A stretch of DNA of 64,000 nucleotides from Candidatus Nomurabacteria bacterium (GTDB lineage: Bacteria; Patescibacteriota; Minisyncoccia; Phycocordibacterales; UBA9973), in assembly GCA_021413905.1 (NCBI GenBank), contig JAIOPO010000001.1, positions 9,159 through 73,158 of the forward strand, written 5' to 3'. The notes below the pieces were generated by a model. It searched no databases and was not told where the DNA came from. It worked only from the letters and a program-made list of their open reading frames with translations. Each line of letters starts with the position of its first letter. Position 1 is the first letter of the stretch. Made by a program: the position numbers and the translations under genes. This document shows positions 10,422-19,799 of the stretch, piece by piece.

Positions 10422-11744
10422 ATGAAAAATTTAGATTTAAAAAAAAATAAAATTCCAGACAAATCAGGGGTTTATTTTTTTATGGGAGGTAAAAAAATCC
10501 TTTATATTGGCAAAGCCACATCTCTAAAAGACAGAGTAAAAAGCTACTTCCCCTCGACTACGCTCGGGGCAGGTCGGCTTTTGGATTCTCGCGGACCGTT
10601 GATTACAGATATGGTTACAAAAGCTACAAATATTAAATGGCAGGAAACTGACTCGGTTTTAGAAGCACTTATTTTAGAAACGAATTTGATAAAAAAACAT
10701 CAGCCATATTACAATACAAAAGAAAAAGATGATAAAAGTTTTAATTATGTTTGCATAACGAAAGAGGAGTTGCCCAAGGTTTTGATTGTCAGAGGTAGAG
10801 ATTTACAAAAGAAAAAGAAGAATTCTCCCGCCTTCGCCCTCGGAGACATAGGACAGGGAACCCACGGCTCCTTGAATTCTTCTGTTTCTTTTTCCAGTGT
10901 GTTCGGTCCTTTTCCAAACGGCGGGCAATTGAAAGAAGCTTTGAAAATAATTCGTAGAATATTTCCTTTCTTAGACGAAAAAAGTAAAAATCATTATGAA
11001 TTTTACAAGCAAATAAATCTAGTTCCAGAAAAAAAAGATTTGTTATTAAAAAATATTAAAAATATAAAACTCTTTTTCGAGGGTAAGAAAAAATCTATTT
11101 TAAAAAATCTTGAAAAAGAAATGAATGTGTATGCAAAAAATCACGAATTTGAAAAAGCAGGTGAAATAAAAAGACAGATTTTTGCATTGAAGCATATTAA
11201 TGACATATCCCTTATCAAGAACTTACCAGAGAAGAATTTTCCTGCCTTCGCCCTCGGAGACATAGGACAGGGAACCCACGGCTCCTTAAATTCTTCTCTG
11301 TTTAATTCTTTCCGCATAGAAGCATATGATATAGCTCATATGTCTGGCAAAAATATGGTGGGTGTGATGGTGGTATTGGAAAATGGTGAAGTGAATAAAA
11401 ATCAATACAGAAAATTTTTAATAAAAAATTACACAAGTTCAAATGATACTGGTGCATTGAGTGAAGTTTTGTCTCGTCGTTTGAAACATGCAGAATGGCA
11501 GTATCCAGATTTGATTGTGGTGGATGGTGGAACAGCTCAAAGGAATGTCGCACTTAAAATATTGAAAGAATTTAATTTAAAAATACCCGTGTCGGCAGTG
11601 GTAAAAGACGAAAAACATAAAGCGAAAATGATATTGTCCGCCGATTCTAAATTTAAAAAAGCAATTTTATTGGCAAATTCTGAGGCACATAGATTTGCTA
11701 TAAAATATCATAAAATTAAAAGAAATAAAGCTTTTTTGGGTTAA
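10422..11744 (+). CDS. uvrC: Excinuclease ABC subunit C (GIY-YIG, UVR and RNase H-like domains; no HhH tail) with three in-frame repeat insertions
   Basis: GVYFF...LYIGKA..L..RV.SYF, EALILE..LIKK..P.YN, RIEAYDIAH, PDLIVVDGG, EAHRFA. Confidence 0.92.
   Translation: MKNLDLKKNKIPDKSGVYFFMGGKKILYIGKATSLKDRVKSYFPSTTLGAGRLLDSRGPLITDMVTKATNIKWQETDSVLEALILETNLIKKHQPYYNTKEKDDKSFNYVCITKEELPKVLIVRGRDLQKKKKNSPAFALGDIGQGTHGSLNSSVSFSSVFGPFPNGGQLKEALKIIRRIFPFLDEKSKNHYEFYKQINLVPEKKDLLLKNIKNIKLFFEGKKKSILKNLEKEMNVYAKNHEFEKAGEIKRQIFALKHINDISLIKNLPEKNFPAFALGDIGQGTHGSLNSSLFNSFRIEAYDIAHMSGKNMVGVMVVLENGEVNKNQYRKFLIKNYTSSNDTGALSEVLSRRLKHAEWQYPDLIVVDGGTAQRNVALKILKEFNLKIPVSAVVKDEKHKAKMILSADSKFKKAILLANSEAHRFAIKYHKIKRNKAFLG
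10550..10573. repeat. REP-like hairpin inside uvrC (encodes PSTTLGAG)
   Basis: CCCCTCGACTACGCTCGGGGCAGG, a GC-rich hairpin in an AT-rich gene. Confidence 0.65.
10816..10883. repeat. 68-bp element with terminal inverted repeats, copy 1, in-frame in uvrC
   Basis: AGAAGAATTC...GAATTCTTCT ends; 65/68 identical to 11230-11297. Confidence 0.9.
11230..11297. repeat. 68-bp element with terminal inverted repeats, copy 2, in-frame in uvrC
   Basis: AGAAGAATTT...AAATTCTTCT ends; same PAFALGDIGQGTHGSLNSS peptide. Confidence 0.9.
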
Positions 11745-11915
11745 TCTATAAAATCCTTGCTGTATTTATTTGAATAGTGATATAATATAAGAGTCGATTT
11801 TATTAATGTTTTTTAACATAAAAAATATTATGAAACTTGGAGGACATTAATTTTTAAAAACCAAAAGTTCAGACTGATTTAATTCAGAATGTTCTTTTGG
11901 TTTTTTTATTTATAT

Positions 11916-13103
11916 ATGATTGAGACAAAAGATAAAAAAATATGTAGTGCTTGTGGTACCGCCCCTGTAAATCATGGTTTTATGTTTTTTTCAAAATTGA
12001 TGGATGAAACTGTCGGTAAAATAATGGATGTTTTCTTTTCTTTTTTTTTAATTAATAAATCTCGTAAATTAACGGATTGGGTTGAAAAACAATTATTTAA
12101 CATCAGTCACTTTTTAGGAATAGTAAAGTACGATGATGATATTGAAAAATCTCCAAACGGAAGATCTAAATTGATTTGGGAAGAAGCACGAAGAAGAGGT
12201 ATTGAAATGAAGCAAATCAAAGTGTTTGGAAAATGTATAGATTATTATAAAGCAAAAATAAACGGTGAAATTTATTTCTTTCAAAGTATTCCTGTACCAC
12301 CTTGGTTACCACAAGAAGGTTATAATTGGGCGGATGATAAGATGATTTTTGCTGAAAAATTGCAAAAAGCTGGCATACCTTCACCTGCGACTAAAACAGT
12401 TTATTCTGTGACCCAGGCATTTTCAGCATTTGATAAATTAAGTAAACCGTTGATTGTAAAACCAAAATCCGGTTCTCGTGGCAGACACACTACTACAAAT
12501 ATAAATACAAAAGATGAAATGAGAAAAGCCTTTAATTTAGCTTATGAGATTTCTCCGTCAATGGTTGTTCAAGAACATTTGTTTGGTTCTGTGTACCGAG
12601 CAACTGTTGTCGGTGGTAAGCTTGTGGGTTTTTTTCGGGCAGATCCTCCACAAGTCACAGGTGATGGTATTAAAAATATTAAAGAATTAATTTTAGAAAA
12701 AAATAAAAATCGTCACGAAAGAGTTTCTGATATTGTTGTTACTGATGAACTTTTAAATTTTTTAAAAAGACAAGGTTATACTTTGGATTCTGTGATACCT
12801 CTTGGTTTGACTATAAATTTGTTGGCAAAGACAGGCAGACTTTATGGATCTTATACAAAAGAAATGTTACCAGAAGTTCATTCTAAAATGCATTCTATTT
12901 TTGAAAAAGTAGGGGAAATAGCTTCTTTGCCTGTTGCTGGTTTTGATTTGATTATTCTTGATCCGACACAAGATCCAGACACACAACGTTGGGGTGTTAT
13001 TGAATGTAATTCTTTGCCATTTATCGATCTGCATTATTTCTCTTTAGAAGGTGAGCCTGTAAATGTAGCTAAAAATGTTTGGGATTTGTGGAATATTAAT
13101 TAG
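11916..13103 (+). CDS. ATP-grasp ligase, cyanophycin synthetase/GshAB C-terminal-like
   Basis: EEARRRGI, DDK, PLIVKP..GSRGR, VVQEH..G..YR, P.VTGDG...I.ELI, GFDLI, IECNS.P; start moved to MIETK. Confidence 0.8.
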   Translation: MIETKDKKICSACGTAPVNHGFMFFSKLMDETVGKIMDVFFSFFLINKSRKLTDWVEKQLFNISHFLGIVKYDDDIEKSPNGRSKLIWEEARRRGIEMKQIKVFGKCIDYYKAKINGEIYFFQSIPVPPWLPQEGYNWADDKMIFAEKLQKAGIPSPATKTVYSVTQAFSAFDKLSKPLIVKPKSGSRGRHTTTNINTKDEMRKAFNLAYEISPSMVVQEHLFGSVYRATVVGGKLVGFFRADPPQVTGDGIKNIKELILEKNKNRHERVSDIVVTDELLNFLKRQGYTLDSVIPLGLTINLLAKTGRLYGSYTKEMLPEVHSKMHSIFEKVGEIASLPVAGFDLIILDPTQDPDTQRWGVIECNSLPFIDLHYFSLEGEPVNVAKNVWDLWNIN

Positions 13104-13135
13104 AATAATTTATATAAAAGTTATATAATTTTCTT

Positions 13136-14065
13136 ATGTCAGAAAAAAATAAAATACGGATTGGTGTATTGCGAGGAGGAATAGGTAATCATTATACTTT
13201 ATCTTTAAAAAAAGGAGGAGATATTATTTCATATATTTTAAATAATTTTCCTGAACAATATAAAGTTCTCGATATTTTGATAGATAAAGATGGTTCCTTT
13301 CATCTAAATGGTTTACCTATTAAAAAAGAAGATTTAAAAAATAAGATTGATGTTGTCTGGAATACATCACATCCAGATTTAAGCAGAATAATTTCAAATT
13401 TATCTATTCCATATGTTGGAGTTAATTCTTTTGCTTCTGTTTTGAAAGATAGTAAAGAAATATTAAAAGAACATATGAAAAAAAATAATGTTAATATTCC
13501 AAAATATATTGTATTACCTCTATATCAAAAAGATTTTGATGGACCAATAGATGATTATGCTGTTAAAAAAGCAAAAAAAGTTTTAGAAAAATTTGGAGCT
13601 CCTTGGATAGTTAAATCTTTATTTGCAAAAAAAAATATAGTCACACATGTAGCTAAAACTTTTCCTGAATTAGTAAATGCAATATCTGATATTGTTAAAC
13701 AAGATGAAAGTGTACTTGTTGAAGAATTAATTAACGGTAAAAAAGCTGTTGTTCATAGTGTAATAGGCTTTCGCAATCAACAAAATTATTATTTTCCTTT
13801 AATATCAACAGAAAAACATTCTTTTTCAAAAGATGAAAAAATAATAATAAAAAATATATCTGAAAATATTTTTAAATATTTAAATAATCCGTTTTATTCT
13901 AAGTATGAATTTATACTTACCTCTAAAGGGGAAATATATGTTGTTAATATTGATTTATATCCTGATTTAGTGAATGACCAATCTCTGATAGATTCTATTA
14001 AAGAAGTGGGAACAAAACATGATCATATTTTTAAACATATGATTGATTCTGTTTTAAAATTGTAA
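13136..14065 (+). CDS. D-alanine--D-alanine ligase-like ATP-grasp protein (divergent)
   Basis: IGVLRGG...SLKKG, IPYVG, PWIVKS, LVEELING; the canonical HGxxGEDG and EINTxPG motifs are degenerate. Confidence 0.7.
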   Translation: MSEKNKIRIGVLRGGIGNHYTLSLKKGGDIISYILNNFPEQYKVLDILIDKDGSFHLNGLPIKKEDLKNKIDVVWNTSHPDLSRIISNLSIPYVGVNSFASVLKDSKEILKEHMKKNNVNIPKYIVLPLYQKDFDGPIDDYAVKKAKKVLEKFGAPWIVKSLFAKKNIVTHVAKTFPELVNAISDIVKQDESVLVEELINGKKAVVHSVIGFRNQQNYYFPLISTEKHSFSKDEKIIIKNISENIFKYLNNPFYSKYEFILTSKGEIYVVNIDLYPDLVNDQSLIDSIKEVGTKHDHIFKHMIDSVLKL

Positions 14066-14099
14066 TATATTTATATATATTGTGATATAATGAATATCG

Positions 14100-14186
14100 A
14101 ATTGTTTTTATCTGTGGCGGGTTATCGCACTCACATAGGCACATATGTTGGAGGTTAGCCATCACCCGCCTCAAATAAAAATAATT
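14100..14186 (+). ncRNA. Candidate small structured ncRNA of unknown family
   Basis: TGATATAAT promoter at 14082-14090; long closing stem around GGCGGGT/ACCCGCC; inner hairpin; terminator at ~14190-14219; no ORF. Confidence 0.45.
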
Positions 14187-14526
14187 TTTAAAAACACTAG
14201 ATTGATTTCTAGTGTTTTTATTTTTTTTGTGTAAATAAAAGTTTTATATAAAAATATTTTACTGTATTTTTTTTATTTTAAATATTTTTTTATTTTTTAT
14301 TTAAATTTTTTTTGAAAAAATAAAAAAGTTATCCACAGTTTTTTAAAAAATATATTGTAATAAATTTTATTATGCGAGATAATTAAATTAGTTCTTCGCA
14401 ATAATTATTTTAAATATTTTTTAAAAAATAAAAAATATTTTTAGGTCGTTTTATTGCAAGTCAATTTTAATAATTAATTTTATGCGGACTTTTTATTAAA
14501 GTAAGAAGCGAGCAATATAAAATATT

Positions 14527-14604
14527 ATGGCAGCAAAAAAGAAAGTAGCAAAGAAGAAAGTAGCAAAGAAGGCAGCAAAAAAGACAACAAAAAAAAGAGC
14601 TTAG
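14527..14604 (+). CDS. Small Lys/Ala-rich histone H1-like protein (25 aa, MAAKKKVAKKKVAKKAAKKTTKKRA)
   Basis: Translated by hand; KKVAK repeats; AT-rich leader; own terminator. Confidence 0.7.
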   Translation: MAAKKKVAKKKVAKKAAKKTTKKRA

Positions 14605-14610
14605 TCTTTT

Positions 14611-14649
14611 AAAAAAACTCTCTCGATTTAAAAACGAGAGAGTTTTTTT
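14611..14649 (+). terminator. Intrinsic terminator
   Basis: AAAAAAACTCTCTCG...CGAGAGAGTTTTTTT. Confidence 0.75.
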
Positions 14650-14697
14650 ATTTTTATACGAATTCATATTCTTGGATTTTTATGGTATCATAGAAGC

Positions 14698-17160
14698 ATG
14701 GGATTTTTTAGTAAAATATTTGGAAATACAAGCTCTGGTTTTGTCAAAAATGCCAAAGAAATAATACTTAAAATAAATTCTTTCGAAGAAAGCTTATTAT
14801 CTTTTCAAAATGAAGATTTTCCAAGAAAAACAATGGAATTTAAGGAAAGACTTGAAAATGGTGAATCCTTAGAAGATATTTTACCCGAAGCCTTTGCTTT
14901 GGTTCGTGAAGCGTCTCGTAGGAATTTAGGTGAAAGACATTACGATGTTCAACTTGTTGGTGGTCTAGCATTACATAAAGGAAAAATAGCTGAAATGAAA
15001 ACAGGTGAAGGAAAGACTTTGGTGGCTACTTTGCCAGCGTATTTAAATGCATTGGCGGGCAAGGGTGTACATATTGTGACTGTAAATGATTATCTAGCTC
15101 GTCGTGATGCTGTGCTTATGGGGCAAGTTTATAATTTTTTAGGTTTAACTGTTGGAATTATTAATTCTCAAAATGTTTCTTATTTATATGATGCGAGTCA
15201 TACAGAATTAGATCAAGACCGTGATGGGATTGGTGAATTTAAAATTGTTTATGAATTTTTAAAACCTTGTTCAAGAAGAGATGCTTATAATGCGGATATT
15301 ACATATGGCACGAATCACGAATATGGTTTTGATTATTTGAGAGATAATTTAGCAACTTCTACGAACGGATTGGTTCAACGTGGACATTTTTTTGCTATTG
15401 TTGATGAAGTAGATTCTATTTTAATAGACGAAGCTCGAACACCGCTTATTATTTCTTCTCCTTCAGAAAATTCTGAAGACTTTTATATTCAATTTTGTGA
15501 AATTGCTAAGAAATTAAAAAAAGAAAAAGATTACAACGTAGATGAAAAACTCAGAGCCATTAGTCTTACTGATGAAGGTATTACAAAAGCTGAAAAATTG
15601 CTCGGTATACAAAATATTTATACTGAAAAGGGTATTAAGTATGTACATCATTTGGAAACTGCTGTAAAAGCGCAAGCTATTTTTGAAAAAGATAAAGATT
15701 ATGTTGTTAAAGATGGTGAAGTTATAATTGTTGATCCATTTACTGGTCGTTTACAGCCAGGTAGGCGTTGGTCTGAAGGTATACATCAAGCGATTGAAGC
15801 AAAAGAAGGTGTAAAAATAGAAAAAGAAACTCGTTCATCTGGCTCTATAACTTTTCAAAATTATTTTAGATTTTATAAAACTCTTTCAGGTATGACAGGT
15901 ACCGCAGAAACTTCCGCTGAAGAATTTTTGAAAGTTTATGGTTTGGATGTGATTGTTATTCCGACAAATAGACCAGTGTCTAGAATAGACAGACCGGACA
16001 TTATCTTTCAAACAGAAAAAGGAAAACTTCAAGCTATTGCTAGAAAAGTAAAAGAATTAAATATAAAAGGTCAGCCTGTGTTGATCGGTACTATATCTAT
16101 AGAGAAAAATGAACTTCTCTCAGTTTATTTAAAACAACAAGGAGTGCCTCATGTTATTTTGAATGCTAAAAATCATGAAAAAGAAGGAGAGATAATAGCG
16201 CAAGCTGGTAAAAGAGGTGCGGTCACAATTGCTACAAATATGGCTGGACGCGGTATAGATATCAAACTTGGTGGTAATCCAATGGTAAAAGAAGAATATG
16301 ATTTTGTGAAAAATGCAGGAGGGCTTTTTGTCTTGGGTACTGAGCGTCATGAGGCGCGCAGAATTGATAATCAATTACGAGGACGTTCTGGGCGTCAGGG
16401 TGACCCGGGCGAGACACAATTTTTCGTATCTCTTGAAGATGATTTGATGCGTATTTTCGGAGCAGATAGAATAAAAAATATGATGGGTAAATTTGGTATT
16501 CCCGAAGATCATCCTATTGAAAGTCGTTTTATTGGTCGCGCTTTGGAAAATGCTCAAGAAAAAATAGAAGGTTTTCATTTTGATTCGAGGAAACATACTT
16601 TGGAATACGACGATGTTATGAATCATCAAAGGCAAGCAGTATATGCTCGTCGTCAAAAAATGATGCAAGCTGACAAGACAGAAATAGAAGGATTGTTGAA
16701 TACTCTGATTACTTTAAAAGAAAATGCAGGAGAAATTATTGAAAATAAGAAAAAGAAATTAGGCGAAGAATCATTCATGGAAACTGTTCGCCGAATATCT
16801 CTGTATATTACTGATGCTCTTTGGATGGAACATTTGGAAGATATGGATTATTTGCGCTCATCTGTAAATTTGCGTGCTTATGGTCAACGTGAGCCAATTG
16901 TGGAATACAAAAAAGAAGGTTTGTTTATGTTTAAACAAATGGAAGAGAATTTCAAAATGCAAACTTTGTCTTTGATTGAAACTATAAATGTTGAAAATAT
17001 TGAGAATAATAAATCAGCAGATATTTCTGCAGATAATCAAATTATTTTAGAAAATAATCATGTTGAATCTGGAGAATTTGAAGAAGTAAAAGATACAGGA
17101 CGCAATGACCTTTGTCCTTGTGGTTCCGGTAAAAAATTCAAAAAATGCCATGGGAAGTAG
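14698..17160 (+). CDS. secA: Preprotein translocase subunit SecA
   Basis: EMKTGEGKT, DEVDSILIDEARTPL, ATNMAGRG, QLRGRSGRQGDPG, C-terminal SEC-C motif. Confidence 0.98.
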   Translation: MGFFSKIFGNTSSGFVKNAKEIILKINSFEESLLSFQNEDFPRKTMEFKERLENGESLEDILPEAFALVREASRRNLGERHYDVQLVGGLALHKGKIAEMKTGEGKTLVATLPAYLNALAGKGVHIVTVNDYLARRDAVLMGQVYNFLGLTVGIINSQNVSYLYDASHTELDQDRDGIGEFKIVYEFLKPCSRRDAYNADITYGTNHEYGFDYLRDNLATSTNGLVQRGHFFAIVDEVDSILIDEARTPLIISSPSENSEDFYIQFCEIAKKLKKEKDYNVDEKLRAISLTDEGITKAEKLLGIQNIYTEKGIKYVHHLETAVKAQAIFEKDKDYVVKDGEVIIVDPFTGRLQPGRRWSEGIHQAIEAKEGVKIEKETRSSGSITFQNYFRFYKTLSGMTGTAETSAEEFLKVYGLDVIVIPTNRPVSRIDRPDIIFQTEKGKLQAIARKVKELNIKGQPVLIGTISIEKNELLSVYLKQQGVPHVILNAKNHEKEGEIIAQAGKRGAVTIATNMAGRGIDIKLGGNPMVKEEYDFVKNAGGLFVLGTERHEARRIDNQLRGRSGRQGDPGETQFFVSLEDDLMRIFGADRIKNMMGKFGIPEDHPIESRFIGRALENAQEKIEGFHFDSRKHTLEYDDVMNHQRQAVYARRQKMMQADKTEIEGLLNTLITLKENAGEIIENKKKKLGEESFMETVRRISLYITDALWMEHLEDMDYLRSSVNLRAYGQREPIVEYKKEGLFMFKQMEENFKMQTLSLIETINVENIENNKSADISADNQIILENNHVESGEFEEVKDTGRNDLCPCGSGKKFKKCHGK

Positions 17161-18400
17161 TATAAAAAAAGTAAATAAAAAAATCAAAACAATCTGGTGG
17201 AGGATAAAGTCATATACGGCTATGTATTATTATGGACAGCCATCAAAAAAGTTAAAGATAATCGGCGTGACGGGTACAAATGGTAAGACAACGACTACCA
17301 CACTTTTATATAAAGTCGCTACCGAGCTCGGCTACAAAGCTGGCCTCATTGGTACAGTAGAAAATATTATAGCAGGAGAGAGAATGCCCACGACTCATAC
17401 GACACCAGACTCCATCACCTTAACAAAGCTTTTGGCGAAGATGGTAGAAAAAGGTTGTGAATATGTGTTCATAGAAGTATCTAGTCATGCATTAGACCAA
17501 GGCAGAGTTCTCGGGCTAAACTTTGTCGGCGGAGTATTTACGAACCTGACGCACGACCATTTAGATTATCATAAGAATTTTGATAATTATTTTACTGCGA
17601 AGAAAAAGTTATTTCAAATGCTCCCTCATCGAGCTTTTGCTTTAACAAATATAGACAATGAATACGGTATAAAAATGCTTGAAGGGATAAAAGCCAATCA
17701 GTTCTCATATGGTTTTGTTGGGGAGCCAGATAAGGTGCATTTCCATGGAGATATAAAGAAGTTAGACTTTCATGGCTTAGCGCTATCTTTTAATGATATA
17801 GAAATAAAATCAAAACTTTTAGGTAGATTTAATGCATACAATTTGTTGGCTGTGTGGAGTGCATGTTCACTCCTCGGCTACGACATGAAAAGGGTGAATA
17901 AAATATTAGAAAATATAGAGCCACCAGCTGGAAGGTTTCAGCATTTTACTGCACACAATGGTGTGCTTGTGATAGTGGACTATGCACATACACCAGATGC
18001 TTTGGAGAAAATTTTGAAAACGATTCATGAAATTAAAAAAGAAAATAGTAAAATTATTTCAGTTTTTGGTTGTGGGGGAGATAGAGATCCTTTGAAACGC
18101 AGAATAATGGGTAAAATAGGAATGACTTTTTCTGATATTGCTATCTTTACATCAGACAACCCTCGCAATGAAGACCCTATGAAAATTATAGAAATGATGC
18201 AAGGTAATTTAAATGAAGAAGAAAAGAAAAAAGTAAAAATTATCCCGGACAGAAGAGAGGCAATAATAGAGTCTCTAAAAATAGCTCAAAGTGGAGACGT
18301 GGTACTCTGTGCTGGTAAGGGACACGAAACATATCAAGAAATAAAAGGAGTCAAATATCATTTTAATGATATGGAAGAATTAAAAAAGTTTCTTGATTAA
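17150..18400 (+). CDS. murE: UDP-N-acetylmuramoyl-dipeptide--diaminopimelate ligase (lacks N-terminal domain)
   Basis: GVTGTNGKTT, EVSSH, TNLTHDHLDYH, DYAHTPD, GCGGDRD, DNPR, GKGHE. Confidence 0.93.
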   Translation: MGSSIKKVNKKIKTIWWRIKSYTAMYYYGQPSKKLKIIGVTGTNGKTTTTTLLYKVATELGYKAGLIGTVENIIAGERMPTTHTTPDSITLTKLLAKMVEKGCEYVFIEVSSHALDQGRVLGLNFVGGVFTNLTHDHLDYHKNFDNYFTAKKKLFQMLPHRAFALTNIDNEYGIKMLEGIKANQFSYGFVGEPDKVHFHGDIKKLDFHGLALSFNDIEIKSKLLGRFNAYNLLAVWSACSLLGYDMKRVNKILENIEPPAGRFQHFTAHNGVLVIVDYAHTPDALEKILKTIHEIKKENSKIISVFGCGGDRDPLKRRIMGKIGMTFSDIAIFTSDNPRNEDPMKIIEMMQGNLNEEEKKKVKIIPDRREAIIESLKIAQSGDVVLCAGKGHETYQEIKGVKYHFNDMEELKKFLD

Positions 18401-19780
18401 TTTTGGCACTGATTCTGTCAATCCAAAAAGTGAACCGGAAGAAACCAAAACTATAATATTTTCTTTCGTTGTTATCTTTCTTATTAAATTCAGAGCTTCC
18501 TTTTCTGTTTGAGCTTTGTGAACAGAATTATATTTTTTTATTTCATTAAAAATTTCATCATAAGAAAGTTGATTATGAGTATTTGCACCATGTTCAGGTG
18601 GTGGCAATAGTATAACTTCTGAAATACCGTGAAATACATTCTTGTACCATTTTAAAGCATCTCTATTTCTCCAACTAAAAGTATGCGGTTCAAAAATAGT
18701 TATTATTTTTTTATCTGAAAAATGTAATTTCAATGCATCAAATACAGATTTTGCTTTAGAATAAGAAGAACCAAAACCTTCATAAATTGGAATTATTGAA
18801 TTTTTATTTTTTAAATCAAGTCTTCCAGAGATTCCCTTGAAGCTTTTAATTCCTTTTTTTAATTCTTCTTTATTTAATAATTTCTTTTCCAAAATAAATG
18901 CACAAACAGCTGTAATATTTTCTATATTATGTTCGCCTAAAAGTATTGTTTCTAAGGTTATTACTTTTTTTCCACGACAAAACAAATCAAAAGAAGTTTT
19001 CAGACCATATTTTATATTTTCAGGATAATATTCTGCTTTTTTATTTTTACCATAAGTGACGATTCGACACTTTGATTTTTCTGATATTTTCATTACATTT
19101 TTACCTTCTTTGTTTGCAATCAAAAGACCATTTTCCGGTAATAATTTCATCAATTCGATATAAGGTTTTACGTAATCTTTTTCTGTGGGAAATACATTTA
19201 TATGATCATGTTCACCTGAAATTAAAATGCAATTTTTTGGATGCATATGTAGAAATTTCGCCGAACTGTCCCAATTTGAAGAGGGGTATTCATCTCCTTC
19301 AATTATAAAATCTTTACTTTTACCCAAACGTGCATTTGTTTTTAAATTCAATGGAACTGCACCAATAAAAAAAGAAGGATCTTTTTTTGCATGTAATAGG
19401 CACCAAGACAAAAGACTTGTTATTGTTGATTTGCCAAAACTTCCGACGACTACTGTATTTTCTTTTTTTATGGAAATTCTCCCCAGAGCTTCCGGTAAAG
19501 ACATTATATTTTTATGAGTCATAAATGCATGCGCGACTTCTTCGTTTTCTTCTTTTGTAAGTTTTGCATGTTTTCCAATTATTATCTCATCTGCATCTTT
19601 AGGAATATTGCCTTTTTTGTGTCCTGAATAGAATTTTATTTTTGCTTTTTTGAGCATTGAATATATTGGGTCATAAAAACCTTCATCAGAGCCAGTTACT
19701 CTATATCCGGCCTTTTTATATATAAAAGCCAAAGCAGACATGCCTTTTCCACAAATACCGATAAAATGCGCTTTTTTCAT
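18380..19780 (-). CDS. Mur ligase, MurC/Mpl-like (divergent)
   Basis: HFIGICGKGMSALA, GSD, GSFGKST, IEGDEY, DH, FEPHTFS. Confidence 0.8.
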   Translation of the reverse strand: MKKAHFIGICGKGMSALAFIYKKAGYRVTGSDEGFYDPIYSMLKKAKIKFYSGHKKGNIPKDADEIIIGKHAKLTKEENEEVAHAFMTHKNIMSLPEALGRISIKKENTVVVGSFGKSTITSLLSWCLLHAKKDPSFFIGAVPLNLKTNARLGKSKDFIIEGDEYPSSNWDSSAKFLHMHPKNCILISGEHDHINVFPTEKDYVKPYIELMKLLPENGLLIANKEGKNVMKISEKSKCRIVTYGKNKKAEYYPENIKYGLKTSFDLFCRGKKVITLETILLGEHNIENITAVCAFILEKKLLNKEELKKGIKSFKGISGRLDLKNKNSIIPIYEGFGSSYSKAKSVFDALKLHFSDKKIITIFEPHTFSWRNRDALKWYKNVFHGISEVILLPPPEHGANTHNQLSYDEIFNEIKKYNSVHKAQTEKEALNLIRKITTKENIIVLVSSGSLFGLTESVPKLIKKLF

Positions 19781-19799
19781 ATTTAATATTCTAACATAT

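Noticed and set aside
11338-11347. CATATGTCTG half-site in uvrC, and GACATATG at 21181
   Set aside because: The first encodes the conserved AHMSG; the second overlaps a TTGACA -35-like box. Neither has the second arm.
14220-14440. Possible oriC: very AT-rich tract with a TTATCCACA box at 14329-14337
   Set aside because: Only one clear DnaA box and no dnaA/dnaN nearby; a single box is not enough.
14467-14667. Cys/Phe-rich 66-aa ORF
   Set aside because: Antisense of the Lys/Ala-rich small gene and its terminator.
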